Source: Candidatus Omnitrophota bacterium
GTDB lineage: Bacteria > Omnitrophota > Gorgyraeia > Duberdicusellales > 4484-171
NCBI GenBank assembly: GCA_043823745.1
Contig: JBDRAN010000012.1
Location: 1-61,686 of the forward strand
Direction: 5' to 3'
Length of the DNA stretch: 61,686 nt
This document shows, piece by piece, positions 38,765 to 47,280 of this stretch. Position 1 is the stretch's first letter. Every line of letters begins with the position of its first letter. Made by a program: the position numbers and the translations under genes. The notes beneath the pieces are model-generated. The model was given only the letters and a program-made list of their open reading frames with translations, was not told the DNA's origin and made no database searches.

Positions 38765-39179
38765 GAAGCGATTTGATACCGTCGGGAAAACAATCAAGAG
38801 CTTCATGCGAGATGAGGATGGGTTTGTCGATAAGGGAAAAATCTTAAAAATCAGTTTGGGTACCGTTGCGACATTGGGTATCCTTTCCTCGACATTCAAT
38901 AGCCAGGCTTTAGGGCATGCTAACTACCGACATCAGAATTATGCCGGCCCCAGTGATCCCCAAATTACACACATGAATGGGCAGCTGAATCTTACCAGCC
39001 ACGCCAATACCGTGACGCTGCAGAATATTACGGGGATGACGGGCTGTCAGGAGATAGTGCATAGTAATGCGAATAATGTATTGAAGACATATGTCTTAAA
39101 TGGGGGGATTAACGGTACGGCGACGTATCGCGACTTCTATAATCAATGGGGCGAGGGTGGCAAAATATACGAAGTATAA
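38748..39179 (+). CDS. Putative RiPP-like precursor 2: Flp-pilin-like leader plus five His-Xaa-Asn motifs
   Basis: AAGGAGG RBS inside the hxsB end; leader IKSFMRDEDG|FVDKGKILKISLGTVATLGILSS; HAN, HQN, HMN, HAN, HSN. Confidence 0.8.
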   Translation: MNQKNKKRFDTVGKTIKSFMRDEDGFVDKGKILKISLGTVATLGILSSTFNSQALGHANYRHQNYAGPSDPQITHMNGQLNLTSHANTVTLQNITGMTGCQEIVHSNANNVLKTYVLNGGINGTATYRDFYNQWGEGGKIYEV

Positions 39180-39441
39180 AAAATCGGCTGCCGGTGTATC
39201 GCACGAATCAATTTTTTGATACGATCGTCCGAGTATAGAAACCGCCCGGGAATACGTTGTTGATTTTTCTCCATGGATGCGTGCCTAAAACATGGCACAC
39301 ATGAGTGCGGCTCGGTAGGTTCCTGGAGTGCGTATATTTTCCCGCTGACAATTATCATGTGTCCGGTCTGTCCGCTGCCGGCACGTAACATCACATTAAG
39401 TTTGATTCCTTTATTTTTTCGAAGATTTCTACCCATGGTGT

Positions 39442-40452
39442 ATGCCAACGAACTTAAAGTTTCACGTATGTCGATGCAGCGTCGATGATATCGATAATCT
39501 TGTTACGTTTGCCTCAAGGCTGGCGCATAAGAACATAGTTTTTTTACCCCGCTCCAAAGAACACTTCCTGCGTAAATATCTTAGTTATGGAGAAAAAACC
39601 GGAACGCTCAATCTTTTTGCTATCAAGCGAGAAGATGGAGATATTGTTGGTGTGAGCGGCTTTGTTCCGTTTAAGGGATTTTTTGGCAACAAAATTTTCC
39701 AGGGCTTTATCGGCACTGACGCGGCGATTGACCCCCACTACACCGTCCGCTATCCCGGCCTGGCCGCAATGCTTGCAATGAGTTATGAATCGATGGTACG
39801 TGTCGAGAAGCGGTTTCCCTTAATTTTCCCTAACGATAAAAAGGTCCTTAAAGCGTTTCGGGGTGTGCGCTGGGGAGAGTTTTCTCGCCTGGAGGAGTGG
39901 GTAAATCCTTTCGCGATGCAGCTTATCCCTGATTTTGGCACCGGATCAATCGAAGTCTCGCGCATAGAGCATTTTGAATCTTCAGACCAGCGGTTTTTTA
40001 AACGCGTGGCTTCGCAGTATGATTTTCTGATGCAGGCGGATATTGATCTTTTAAATTGGCGGTATTTTGACAATCCATATGCGGCACAGTCTATCGTCGT
40101 GGCTGCGCGCCGGCAGGGCGAGCTTGCCGGTTACATGGTGGTGCAGGGCGTGGGGGTAGACATCTGCATTGTCGATACGGTTATCGATTTGGAACACCCC
40201 TCCGCGCTTTTACTGCTGCTTTTTAAAACCTTGGAATACTTTGACCGTACCGCGAGCGCGCGTATCCTGTGCTATATGAGCCACCAGCGGTATATTGAAA
40301 TTTTAAGTAAAATAGGATTTTTTAGACAGCATATCTTAAAATGCCTTTTTTTTAAGGCAGGATTGCTTTTTAGCAACACTTCACATGACTTGATGCATGC
40401 TGGTACTTCTCAGCGTTACCATTTTAATGGGTTTGCCCCGCATTTGTGCTAA
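39442..40452 (+). CDS. Tandem-GNAT acyltransferase 2
   Basis: GFIGTDAAIDP, YDFLMQADIDLLNWRYFDNP, YHFNGF; paralog of 32663-33661. Confidence 0.72.
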   Translation: MPTNLKFHVCRCSVDDIDNLVTFASRLAHKNIVFLPRSKEHFLRKYLSYGEKTGTLNLFAIKREDGDIVGVSGFVPFKGFFGNKIFQGFIGTDAAIDPHYTVRYPGLAAMLAMSYESMVRVEKRFPLIFPNDKKVLKAFRGVRWGEFSRLEEWVNPFAMQLIPDFGTGSIEVSRIEHFESSDQRFFKRVASQYDFLMQADIDLLNWRYFDNPYAAQSIVVAARRQGELAGYMVVQGVGVDICIVDTVIDLEHPSALLLLLFKTLEYFDRTASARILCYMSHQRYIEILSKIGFFRQHILKCLFFKAGLLFSNTSHDLMHAGTSQRYHFNGFAPHLC

Positions 40453-40649
40453 AAAGGGGGAGCATCCCCCGGTCGAGGCCGCCAATGCTTTTAAATCCAA
40501 CCCGCTTTACAGCTTTTAAAAACTCGCTATAATAATGGTGTATTTGTGCTTTTATACGGGGCATGTTTGGTTCTATTGCCTTTAAGATCTTTTAAAGAAA
40601 ATTCGGGCGTAGCGTAGTCCGGCTAGCGCGTCCCGACATTTGCCATACG

Positions 40650-40976
40650 ATGGTATACGTCTATATTTTAAAAAGTAAGAAAGATGCGAGCTATTATGTT
40701 GGTCAAACTGAGCATATTGTTGATAGATTATATAGACATAATACAGCGCAATCTGTATCAACAAAATTAAAGATACCTTGGGAATTAGTTTATCTGGAAG
40801 AATTTAACACGAGGCCACTCGCAGTTAAACGGGAACTGCAGATAAAGAAACAAAAGCGTAAAAAATATATAGAAAGATTAATCAAATCGGGGCGTGGCTC
40901 AGTTCGGCTAGAGCACTTGGTTTGGGACCAAGAAGTCGGTGGTTCAAATCCACTCGCCCCGACCAAAATTTCATGA
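40650..40976 (+). CDS. Small GIY-YIG nuclease family protein (ORF reads through tRNA-Pro)
   Basis: MVYVYILKS....YYVGQT....RL.RHN...PWELVYLEEF...A..RE..IKK. Confidence 0.88.
   Translation: MVYVYILKSKKDASYYVGQTEHIVDRLYRHNTAQSVSTKLKIPWELVYLEEFNTRPLAVKRELQIKKQKRKKYIERLIKSGRGSVRLEHLVWDQEVGGSNPLAPTKIS
40888..40965 (+). tRNA. tRNA-Pro(TGG)
   Basis: CGGGGCG acceptor, CTTGG-TTTGGGA-CCAAG, GTTCAAATC, ACCA. Confidence 0.96.
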
Positions 40977-41127
40977 CCAATATCGGGAAGGTCGTGGGTT
41001 CAAATCCCACCTTCCCGATATGTGCTTTGGCAAGTGTCGGGAAGCCCGATGGTCAAAACCTGTCCGCCCCGATTATAATAATTTTCTTTTTCCTCTTGTG
41101 TGTTGTGGTGGTATAATATTATTTACC

Positions 41128-41571
41128 ATGAGACGTATTGCAGTATTAGTATTGTTGTATCTTACATGCGCGGTGTGCAATGTGTATGCGCTTGGGTTTT
41201 CAACGGAAGAGGCAATCAGTTACTACAACGAAGGGGTCAAGGCTCAAAAGAGCGGTGATTTTAATGGCGCGTTTAACGCCTACCAGAAGACGTTGTTGCT
41301 AGCCCCCGATAATCTTGAGTATCACAAATCTATCCGCAATAATCTTGGCATTATGTATCATCATCGAGGAGATCTTGCGGGAGCGGAGCAGGCGTTCAAG
41401 GAGGCATTGCTTATAGACCCGGAGTACCAAGCAGCAAAATTTAATCTTGGATTGATCTATGACGCGCGCCGTGGTAAGGCGGCGTCATTGCCCTATTGGG
41501 CACAGCTCCTTGACCTGGAATCGCTTAAGCCAAGAGAATTTATTCTGGAGCCCGCGCGTAAGAAAGAATAG
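41128..41571 (+). CDS. Secreted TPR-repeat protein
   Basis: Signal peptide MRRIAV...VYA; YNEGV, NNLGIMY and FNLGLIY TPR motifs. Confidence 0.85.
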   Translation: MRRIAVLVLLYLTCAVCNVYALGFSTEEAISYYNEGVKAQKSGDFNGAFNAYQKTLLLAPDNLEYHKSIRNNLGIMYHHRGDLAGAEQAFKEALLIDPEYQAAKFNLGLIYDARRGKAASLPYWAQLLDLESLKPREFILEPARKKE

Positions 41572-41696
41572 TAATGTTTTCCCTGCCACCGGTTTCTACT
41601 ACACTAAAAAACTGATTGTGTGACGCATGTGTATTAGGTAGGGGTATGGGGTTGGCATTGTGTGTTTCCGGGGGAGTACGTAAGAAGAATTATCGT

Positions 41697-42247
41697 AATG
41701 AAGTCGTAATTTTTCAAACAAGAGGGTCCAGGCGTATTGTGAAGAAAAATTACATGACTGAATTACCCCGAGCTTTGGCACAAAGAATTTCAAAGAAATT
41801 CGATTGCCATGGTAAAAGCGAGGGAGGAGCTCATTGGATTGATATTATCGATGCATCTATATACGTGCAAAATTTATACTAAATTTTGCAAAAATGTGTC
41901 GATTTAAGTGACTCTAATCTTTTTTAAGTCTTGAACAACTTAAAAAAGCTAAGAGTCACTAAGCGCCCGCAATGAAGTCGTAATTTTTCAAACAAGAGGG
42001 TCCAGGCGTATTGTGAAGAAAAATTACATGACTGAATTACCCCGAGCTTTGGCACAAAGAATTTCAAAGAAATTCGATTGCCATGGTAAAAGCGAGGGGG
42101 AGGCTCCTGGACAGTGACATCATCGACGCGCCTCTATAGCTTGCAAAATTTATACTAAATTTTGCAACAATGCGTCGATATAACCAATTCTAAGATTTTT
42201 GTTCGCCCCTCTGGGCCTCCAAAAGTCTAAGAATTGTTAAGCGCCCG
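41697..42247 (+). repeat. Tandem duplication of a ~274-bp non-coding unit
   Basis: 41697-41970 and 41971-42247; first ~125 bp essentially identical; both end in taagcgcccg. Confidence 0.9.
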
Positions 42248-42478
42248 TAGCTTCCGCCAAAGGCGGGATTTCGCTGGGTGGCTACGGTTAAGGAGCTCAA
42301 CAATTGGAGTTATCCAATTTCTCACGGGCGCACAAGGAGAGCGCGAGAGGAAAGAATTTCTTCTCGTATTACGTAGACACCATTGAAAGGAAGGGAAGTG
42401 ACAGGTGCTAACCCACGGAGTGGGTGAGCCCGTCAGAGAGGGGAAACGTAGTTTCCTCTTCATGAAGAACGAAGTGAT

Positions 42479-42552
42479 GCGCCCGTAGCTCAATTGGATA
42501 GAGCAACTGCCTTCTAAGCAGTAGGTTGTGTGTTCGATTCACGCCGGGCGCG
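42479..42552 (+). tRNA. tRNA-Arg(TCT)
   Basis: GCGCCCG acceptor, ACTGC-CTTCTAA-GCAGT, GTTCGATTC. Confidence 0.95.
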
Positions 42553-42746
42553 TGTTATCATTATTAGAGAATAAGCAACAATACGCAGGCATTGCATTAG
42601 ACAGCTTTGAAAATCTTCAGGGTGACAGCGAGCCGCATTTGACTTCAGGGGTTTATCGTGTAGGCGAGCGTCATAAGGGACAGAGTCCCTTTGAAGGCCA
42701 AGATTCGTTTCCTGCGAATGCGTGCGCAAGCACTCTTGGCCATGGT

Positions 42747-42792
42747 AGTAGGTTGTGTGTTCGATTCACGCCGGGCGCGTGTTATCATTATT
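42747..42792 (+). repeat. 46-bp direct repeat of the tRNA-Arg 3' end plus trailer
   Basis: Identical to 42520-42565. Confidence 0.9.
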
Positions 42793-42952
42793 CGCTATAA
42801 ATAATAATTTTTTCCGGAAACACTTTAGGACAGCTTTGCAATTGTGCAGGGTGGTAGCGGGCCGCTCAAACGTGCGTTAAGTAAAGTCTTTAACGGAGCT
42901 CATCGCAAAAGAATTCCCGTGAGGTCTGCGTAAGCGTCCTAAGAGGTGTGTC

Positions 42953-44251
42953 GTGCATCATTTCAATAAAAACATTATTAAGAAGATTATTCTTATTACC
43001 TGTATACTTTTTTCATTTGTCGTTATCACCCTGCATGTCGCGGTAAATATCAAAGGCAGGCAGTTTCTCGCTGGCAAGCTTACGCAAATCTTCAGCCGGC
43101 GCGTTACCATTGGAAAACTCAACACCTATTTTTTTGTTAACGTGTATCTTGAGGACGTTACGGTCGAGGGGCTTTGTCATATCGACAAAGTTTTTGCTGT
43201 AGGCGGCATTTTTGACATCTTTAGGAAGAACCTTAATCTTGCGCTCCTTAAAGTAGTTCATCCGGTGGTAACTCTTGACCGTGGCGCGTTTGCGGTGGTT
43301 GCGGCCGGCATTCATTCTTCCCCAAAAGAACCTGAATCCCAACTGCAGCCGGCACAGCCTGATCAACCGGGTTTTTTGTCTGGAACGCCTCAAGCGCAGG
43401 CGCGCGGGCCGATCGAATTTACGATTCATCAATTCATTGTGACCGATGGCGTTTTTACCTATCGTGATACAGAAAAACCGGTATCGGTTACTCTTGAAAA
43501 AGCATATATAAAAATGGGAGGGTTACAGTTCACGTCCCGCGGGCTTAAAAAGTTTTCGTGCCAAATTAAAGGTGTCTTGCCCTGGAGGCAAGGTAAAGCG
43601 GGTAGGCTTGCGATCGACGGCTGGATTGATTATCCCCACCGCAATATGGATGTTGATGTTACGCTTCAGAATATTGATTACCACGCATTCGCTGCCCACT
43701 ATCCGCCGTTTTGGAAGCCGGATAATCTAGGAGTCAGGGAAGCGTTGTTGTCGCTTGCAGCAAATTTACATTCTCAACATAACAATTTATTGATCGATAC
43801 ATCGGTGATCCTGGAGAGCATCGCGTTTATGGAGAATGTCCAGGAAAATTCAAAAATCAGGTATCTGAAGACGATTATTGCGATTATACAAGGAGAACAA
43901 AAGAAGCCGACCTTAAGCCTTAGAATTAATACATTGATGGATGCCCCGCAGCTCGATTTTTCGCAGTTTAAGAATAATTTTAAAGGAATGATCAAGTTCA
44001 GGCCGACGATGGCGGTAGAGCAGGCGGTCGAAAAGGCAAAAGAAGTCGGCGTCAGCGCCGTGAAAGAAACCAAAGAAATAGCGGTAGATAACGCGATTGG
44101 CGCGGTCAAGGGCGTTGTCGGCGCCATACGTGATGCGATTTCAATTTCCGAAGGCGGCAAGGTTGTTGAAGTGGCTACATCGGTAAATGCGACTGCGGCA
44201 GAGTCAAAAATACAACCCCACAACGCAAACGCTCAGCCGGTTTCTCCTTAA
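42953..44251 (+). CDS. AsmA/DUF748-like membrane-anchored periplasmic protein
   Basis: N-terminal TM, R.VTIG.L, repeated beta-groove-like strands. Confidence 0.65.
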   Translation: MHHFNKNIIKKIILITCILFSFVVITLHVAVNIKGRQFLAGKLTQIFSRRVTIGKLNTYFFVNVYLEDVTVEGLCHIDKVFAVGGIFDIFRKNLNLALLKVVHPVVTLDRGAFAVVAAGIHSSPKEPESQLQPAQPDQPGFLSGTPQAQARGPIEFTIHQFIVTDGVFTYRDTEKPVSVTLEKAYIKMGGLQFTSRGLKKFSCQIKGVLPWRQGKAGRLAIDGWIDYPHRNMDVDVTLQNIDYHAFAAHYPPFWKPDNLGVREALLSLAANLHSQHNNLLIDTSVILESIAFMENVQENSKIRYLKTIIAIIQGEQKKPTLSLRINTLMDAPQLDFSQFKNNFKGMIKFRPTMAVEQAVEKAKEVGVSAVKETKEIAVDNAIGAVKGVVGAIRDAISISEGGKVVEVATSVNATAAESKIQPHNANAQPVSP

Positions 44252-44323
44252 GAAACAAACCAAGAGAGGCTATTTACAAGAGATCGATTTTGGTATATCA
44301 TAAAAAGGTAAAAAAAGGAAATT

Positions 44324-44761
44324 ATGACGCATTCCAAAAGCAATAGTCCGGGCAGTGAACGAAGAAGGTTTAGGCGTGTTCGGGTTAACTTAGTGGTCGT
44401 GTATCGTGAGGATGAGCCCCTTGATGTTCGTATCCGCGCCGGGGGTGTTGAACATGCCTCAACCATGGTTGATATCTGCGAGGAGGGAATCTCGATCCTG
44501 ACAGATATCAATGTTTCGGTGGCAACAGTGCTGTGGATTCGTTTTACGCTGGCAGAACCAAAGAGCAAAGGCCTTGATTTTTACGGGACTGCGGAGATAA
44601 AGGGTAAGGTTTTATATAGCATGCTGATACCCACGGGGCATTACCGATTAGGGATTCACTTTTTTGATTTAAAAGATAAAGAACGCCGTCTTATCGCAAA
44701 CTTTGTAGATATAGTCGATAAGAAGCTTTCAATAGATGGCGAAACGAACATGCGTGAATAG
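44324..44761 (+). CDS. PilZ domain protein
   Basis: ERRRFRRV (RxxxR) and DICEEG (D/NxSxxG variant), YRLGIHF. Confidence 0.85.
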   Translation: MTHSKSNSPGSERRRFRRVRVNLVVVYREDEPLDVRIRAGGVEHASTMVDICEEGISILTDINVSVATVLWIRFTLAEPKSKGLDFYGTAEIKGKVLYSMLIPTGHYRLGIHFFDLKDKERRLIANFVDIVDKKLSIDGETNMRE

Positions 44762-45348
44762 CGATCGCAATCCCGTCCGCAACCGTTGAAAACATTAGAT
44801 TCTCTTTTTGAGCGCATTCTGTTTTCGCCACTCGTAGCGGCAACTGAGGAGTTTTGTTTAAAATTCTACCGAGAATTGACAGCACAGCGAATAGAGTATT
44901 ATTTCTTACGAGTAGGACTTTATAAAATCAGTTCTTAATGCATGAATGACAGGCATACGCGCAAGAAGCTGCCGAAGTTAAGAAAAAATTGAAGCAGCAA
45001 AGTACTTCTGAGATTCTCTTTGGGGATTGACAAGTGGAGCGTGTTTGACAACTTTGATAAGTCTTTCAGCGAAACGTCAGAAAGGGGTAGAACCCCTTTC
45101 TGAAGGTTGAGTTTTCGCTGAAAGCGAAACAATAATGCGAAGCATTTTCAACCCGGGAGGTGCAGCTTAATAAGCCTTGTTTTTTGCAATGAAGCCCGAG
45201 CGTGACAAGGTTCACTTGCTGAATTGTGTAAAGAATTCTTAACCGAATTATCCCTATAAAATTCAATAATTTTGATGAGGATAGAGCATATGATTGTGAA
45301 CTGTTTCGTTCATTTGACAGAGAAATTGTTCTTTGGTAATATATATTC

Positions 45349-45825
45349 GTGGTAAAAAGAAGCTGTCTTATCTGTGGTAAAGATATTTGGATAAAAAGAA
45401 ATCATGCAAAAAAAGGTTGGGGTAAATATTGTTCCAAAAAATGTCAAGGCAAAGCACAGATAAAAGGTAAATGGCTTGAATGTGATTATTGCGGCAAAAA
45501 GATTTATAGGACACCTAAAGATTTTAAAAAATCAAAAAGTAAAAAGTTCTTTTGTTCGGTAAGCTGCCATTGTTCTTGGGAAAATAAAAATCACCGATGT
45601 GGCGAAAACGCTCCAAATTGGGTTGCGGGACACAATGTGTATCGTTTATTAATGAAACGCTACGGAAAGATAGAAAAATGCAGCAAATGCGGGTTTGAAG
45701 ATAAAAGAGTATTGGTAGTTCATCATACTGATTGCGACAGGAAAAATAATCAATATGATAATTTAGAGTGGTTGTGCCGTAACTGTCATAGCATCTTTCA
45801 TTACGAAAATAAAACTAAACGGTAG
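45349..45825 (+). CDS. HNH endonuclease with zinc-ribbon repeats
   Basis: CxxCGK...KYCSxxC repeats; VHH.D.DR.NN...NL..LCRNCH; stop codon lies inside the tRNA-His 5' end. Confidence 0.88.
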   Translation: MVKRSCLICGKDIWIKRNHAKKGWGKYCSKKCQGKAQIKGKWLECDYCGKKIYRTPKDFKKSKSKKFFCSVSCHCSWENKNHRCGENAPNWVAGHNVYRLLMKRYGKIEKCSKCGFEDKRVLVVHHTDCDRKNNQYDNLEWLCRNCHSIFHYENKTKR

Positions 45826-45898
45826 GTGTAGCTCAGTTGGTTAGAGCCCTTGACTGTGGCTCAAGGTGTCGCGAGTTCGATTCTCGTCACCTACCCCA
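45821..45898 (+). tRNA. tRNA-His(GTG)
   Basis: G-1, CTTGA-CTGTGGC-TCAAG, GTTCGATTC, CCA. Confidence 0.96.
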
Positions 45899-45941
45899 AT
45901 TATTACCCTCATGCGAACCGAGGCTCTTGTGAGCCACAAAA

Positions 45942-46708
45942 GGGGGAAAAGGGGGACAGACACCTTTTCTTGACAACATCCCCCCGCGCTATTAAAATAG
46001 CGTCATGCCCAGACAGGCACGTATAGTTATTCCGCACACTGCCCACCATATAACCCAACGTGGCAACTACCGTCAGAATGTTTTTGATAAAGAGCGCGAT
46101 TATAAACAATATTGTGAATGGATCAATGAATACGCGCAGGAAACCGGCCTGGATATTCTTGCCTATTGCCTGATGAAAAATCATGTACATTTTATCGTTG
46201 TTCCTAAGCAGGAAAGCGATATGGCCGCGGTTTTTAAAACAACGCATATGCGTTATGCTCATTACATTAACCGGCAAAGAAAGGCAAAGGGACACCTATG
46301 GCAGGGGAGATTCTATTCCTGTATACTTGAAGATACCCACTTATATCGGGCAATAAGATACGTTGAAAATAACCCGTTACGGGCTAAAATAGTAAAGTGC
46401 GCAGAGGATTACGAGTACTCCAGCGCTAAAGACCATGCGAAAGAAAGAGATAAACCGTTCATAAAACTTACGGAGCATAAAGATATCAAATCCGGAAAAC
46501 AATGGCAAGACTACCTGCGGGAGGACGATCCTTACATGACCCAGGAGATTAGGTTAAAGACCAGCCGGGGGTTGGTTATTGGTAGTGTTAGGTTTTTAAG
46601 TAAACTAGAAAAACTTCTAAACCGTTCTCTACGATGTTTGAGCCAGGGCAGGCCAAGAAAAAAAGCGTGAATGTGTAGAGAAAAAAGGTGTCTGTCCCCT
46701 TTTCCCCC
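45942..46708. mobile_element. RAYT module bounded by ~26-bp inverted repeats
   Basis: gggggaaaagggggacagacacctttt (45942-45968) / aaaaggtgtctgtccccttttccccc (46683-46708). Confidence 0.8.
46005..46670 (+). CDS. REP-associated tyrosine transposase (RAYT, Y1 HUH)
   Basis: MPRQAR, HITQRGN, AYCLMKNHVH, GHLWQGRFYS, YVENNP, YSSA. Confidence 0.93.
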   Translation: MPRQARIVIPHTAHHITQRGNYRQNVFDKERDYKQYCEWINEYAQETGLDILAYCLMKNHVHFIVVPKQESDMAAVFKTTHMRYAHYINRQRKAKGHLWQGRFYSCILEDTHLYRAIRYVENNPLRAKIVKCAEDYEYSSAKDHAKERDKPFIKLTEHKDIKSGKQWQDYLREDDPYMTQEIRLKTSRGLVIGSVRFLSKLEKLLNRSLRCLSQGRPRKKA

Positions 46709-47280
46709 GCCATCAGGATATGAAAAAGACATGGAAAAAAGATATGAACGTGGGCTATGTGTGTTGCCTTCTAAAGAATTGGAAAGGGAGACAACAGAAG
46801 CTGAGTTAAGACAAAACAAGGCAAGGAAACTTTTAAATGACTATTTCTTTTGGACCAAGGATGTCTAAATAATTTACTGATATTAAGAAAAGATACTTAT
46901 TGGATATAGCAACAATTGATATCTAAGGTGCGGAAATTGAGAAATGCCTATTAACACCTTTCACCCGATGCAAAAATTATACCCGTTTTTAAGCACAAAC
47001 CAGCCGTAAGCCGACGTCAAACAGGTTATAATTTGGTGTATCCTGACACCCTAACTACCCGTATACAGAGAGTCTTTCTGCCGCGCCATATTTCTGGGCC
47101 TCGTGACGAGAGCCACCCTTTGATATAAACTCCTTACCAACTTCTATTGACAAGCATATACCGCTCACACTACAATATGTCTACACAGAAAGATATGTGA
47201 ATATAGCATAGTTAGCTCTTGAATAAGAATTGCACACGCGCTTTAGATGTCCGATTTATTAGTGAGGAGTTATCCCTAAA

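Larger units (their letters stand above)
40604..41072 (+). mobile_element. IR-bounded GIY-YIG + tRNA-Pro insert inside a degenerate tRNA-Pro
   Basis: 5' half-tRNA 40604-40635; IR tcccgacatttgcca (40631-40645) / tggcaagtgtcggga (41028-41042); degenerate 3' half ending cgccccga at 41072. Confidence 0.55.

Noticed and set aside
39273-39488. Short Cys-containing ORF as a third precursor
   Set aside because: It has no shared leader, no HxN pattern and no clear RBS, and it overlaps the GNAT2 start.
40604-41072. Self-splicing group I intron in tRNA-Pro
   Set aside because: No recognisable catalytic core; the insert is almost wholly ORF plus tRNA and the flanking halves are degenerate.
40939-41127. 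N-terminal extension of the TPR ORF
   Set aside because: It overlaps tRNA-Pro and repeats; the signal peptide begins at ATG 41128.
41697-42247. CRISPR array or coding repeat (ORF 41616-41882)
   Set aside because: There are only two long units, no spacer structure and no cas genes; the ORF has no recognisable motif.
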